DNA of 64,000 nucleotides from an uncultured candidatus Porisulfidus sp. (GTDB lineage Bacteria; Pseudomonadota; Gammaproteobacteria; Poriferisulfidales; Poriferisulfidaceae): NCBI GenBank assembly GCA_965116025.1, contig OZ220480.1, positions 1,152,001 to 1,216,000 of the forward strand, read 5' to 3'. Shown piece by piece: positions 63,180 to 64,000 of this stretch (position 1 is its first letter; each line of letters starts with the position of its first letter). The notes under the pieces were generated by a model. It saw only the letters and a program-made list of their open reading frames with translations, ran no database searches and was not told where the DNA came from. The position numbers and the translations under genes were made by a program.

Positions 63180-64000
63180 TCAATAAGCCTTGGCATTAGG
63201 GCGTGGCCATGCTTGCGCGGCTAACTCGGCAAGGTGCTTGGAGCGCTCTTTGATAGTTTCGTCATTCCAGACTTCATGCTCCACTAAACGCTTATTCAAG
63301 AACAGCGTACTGTGCTTAGCCAAAGCTTTCCGCTTACTCTCCCATGGGCTATTCGACAACGAGGAATTCAGGCTACCTTTTACCAACGTGAGGTTTCCGA
63401 TCATGTTGATCGAGCGCTCGCGATTTTCCTCGGATTCGTCGCCGGAATCCTGTATTGGCCAATTCGCGCGCCAAGCCTGGGGCATGACGTGCTCGATTTG
63501 CAGGCCGCTCGGCACTTTCTGCGTTTCCGTATGATTCGTGCGCAGTTGCTCCTCAATGCCCATGATTACCATTCTGAGGCGGCCTATGGTCAGCCACCAG
63601 TAGAGTGGCTCTTCAACGAACTCTTTTTGTAACTCCTCATCGCTCGGCCATCTCGTCACTTGAGTAGTCTGTTTCGCCAAATGGGAAATGAGAATATCGT
63701 CTGCCTGGTCGTTCGGTGATTTGTGCATCTTTGCAAGCAAGCTTACGAAGAGTTTTCCATAGCCTTGTGTGCTGCAGCTGCATACGACTCGGCGTACTAG
63801 AAAGCTCTCAAGCGCCTTGATGCAAGCCTTGAGCGTTTTCTTTGGCATGTCTTCGGATAGCAACCAGAGAAGAAGAGGGGTGACCGCGCCGGCGTTCATG
63901 GTTTTGCGCCTGTCCAGAAATTTCTTGATATCTTCATCTTCATGTCGCGTCGCCTCGATATCACGGTAGATTTCCCCGATTTCTTTCATATCCTTCGCGA
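63180..64000 (-). CDS. DUF1524 (HNH-like) domain protein, probable DUF262-DUF1524/GmrSD-type nuclease, 3' part only
   Basis: QIEHVMPQ, IGNLTLV..LNSSLSNSPW..K; lower GC; continues past the right edge. Confidence 0.82.
   Translation of the reverse strand, partial: AKDMKEIGEIYRDIEATRHEDEDIKKFLDRRKTMNAGAVTPLLLWLLSEDMPKKTLKACIKALESFLVRRVVCSCSTQGYGKLFVSLLAKMHKSPNDQADDILISHLAKQTTQVTRWPSDEELQKEFVEEPLYWWLTIGRLRMVIMGIEEQLRTNHTETQKVPSGLQIEHVMPQAWRANWPIQDSGDESEENRERSINMIGNLTLVKGSLNSSLSNSPWESKRKALAKHSTLFLNKRLVEHEVWNDETIKERSKHLAELAAQAWPRPNAKAY

Overview
A GC-rich gammaproteobacterial chromosome segment. It holds mostly core genes (kdkA, waaA, tolC, pcm, thiC, rpmBG, two glnK-amtB pairs, alr, dnaB, rplI/rpsR/rpsF, uvrB, purEK/purC, rplM/rpsI, argB, yicC, glnA, efp, psd, btuB with a cobalamin riboswitch, pyrF, lapAB) and three tRNAs (Ser-CGA, Gln-CTG, Pro-CGG). 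Accessory genes are interspersed: an FN3-repeat surface protein, an RTX protein, a TbpB-like lipoprotein, two Fic proteins, a fused Type ISP-like restriction-modification enzyme and a DUF1524 nuclease. The gene mix suggests a marine, host-associated (e.g. sponge-symbiont-like) organism, which is inference only. The main observations are: (1) an orphan Cas6-like gene, with no CRISPR array or other cas genes in the window, translationally coupled behind an aminotransferase, a TauD-like dioxygenase and a 63-aa protein; (2) a G21/C21 homopolymer inside the 5' coding region of the FN3 adhesin, a likely ON/OFF phase-variation switch that is in frame here; (3) a collapsed Type III RM + MNT-HEPN relic where only the antitoxin survives, plus a hicB pseudogene; (4) structured non-coding elements next to both fic genes (nested palindromes and 24-bp phased repeats). 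All family assignments come from motif recognition by eye, not database searches.
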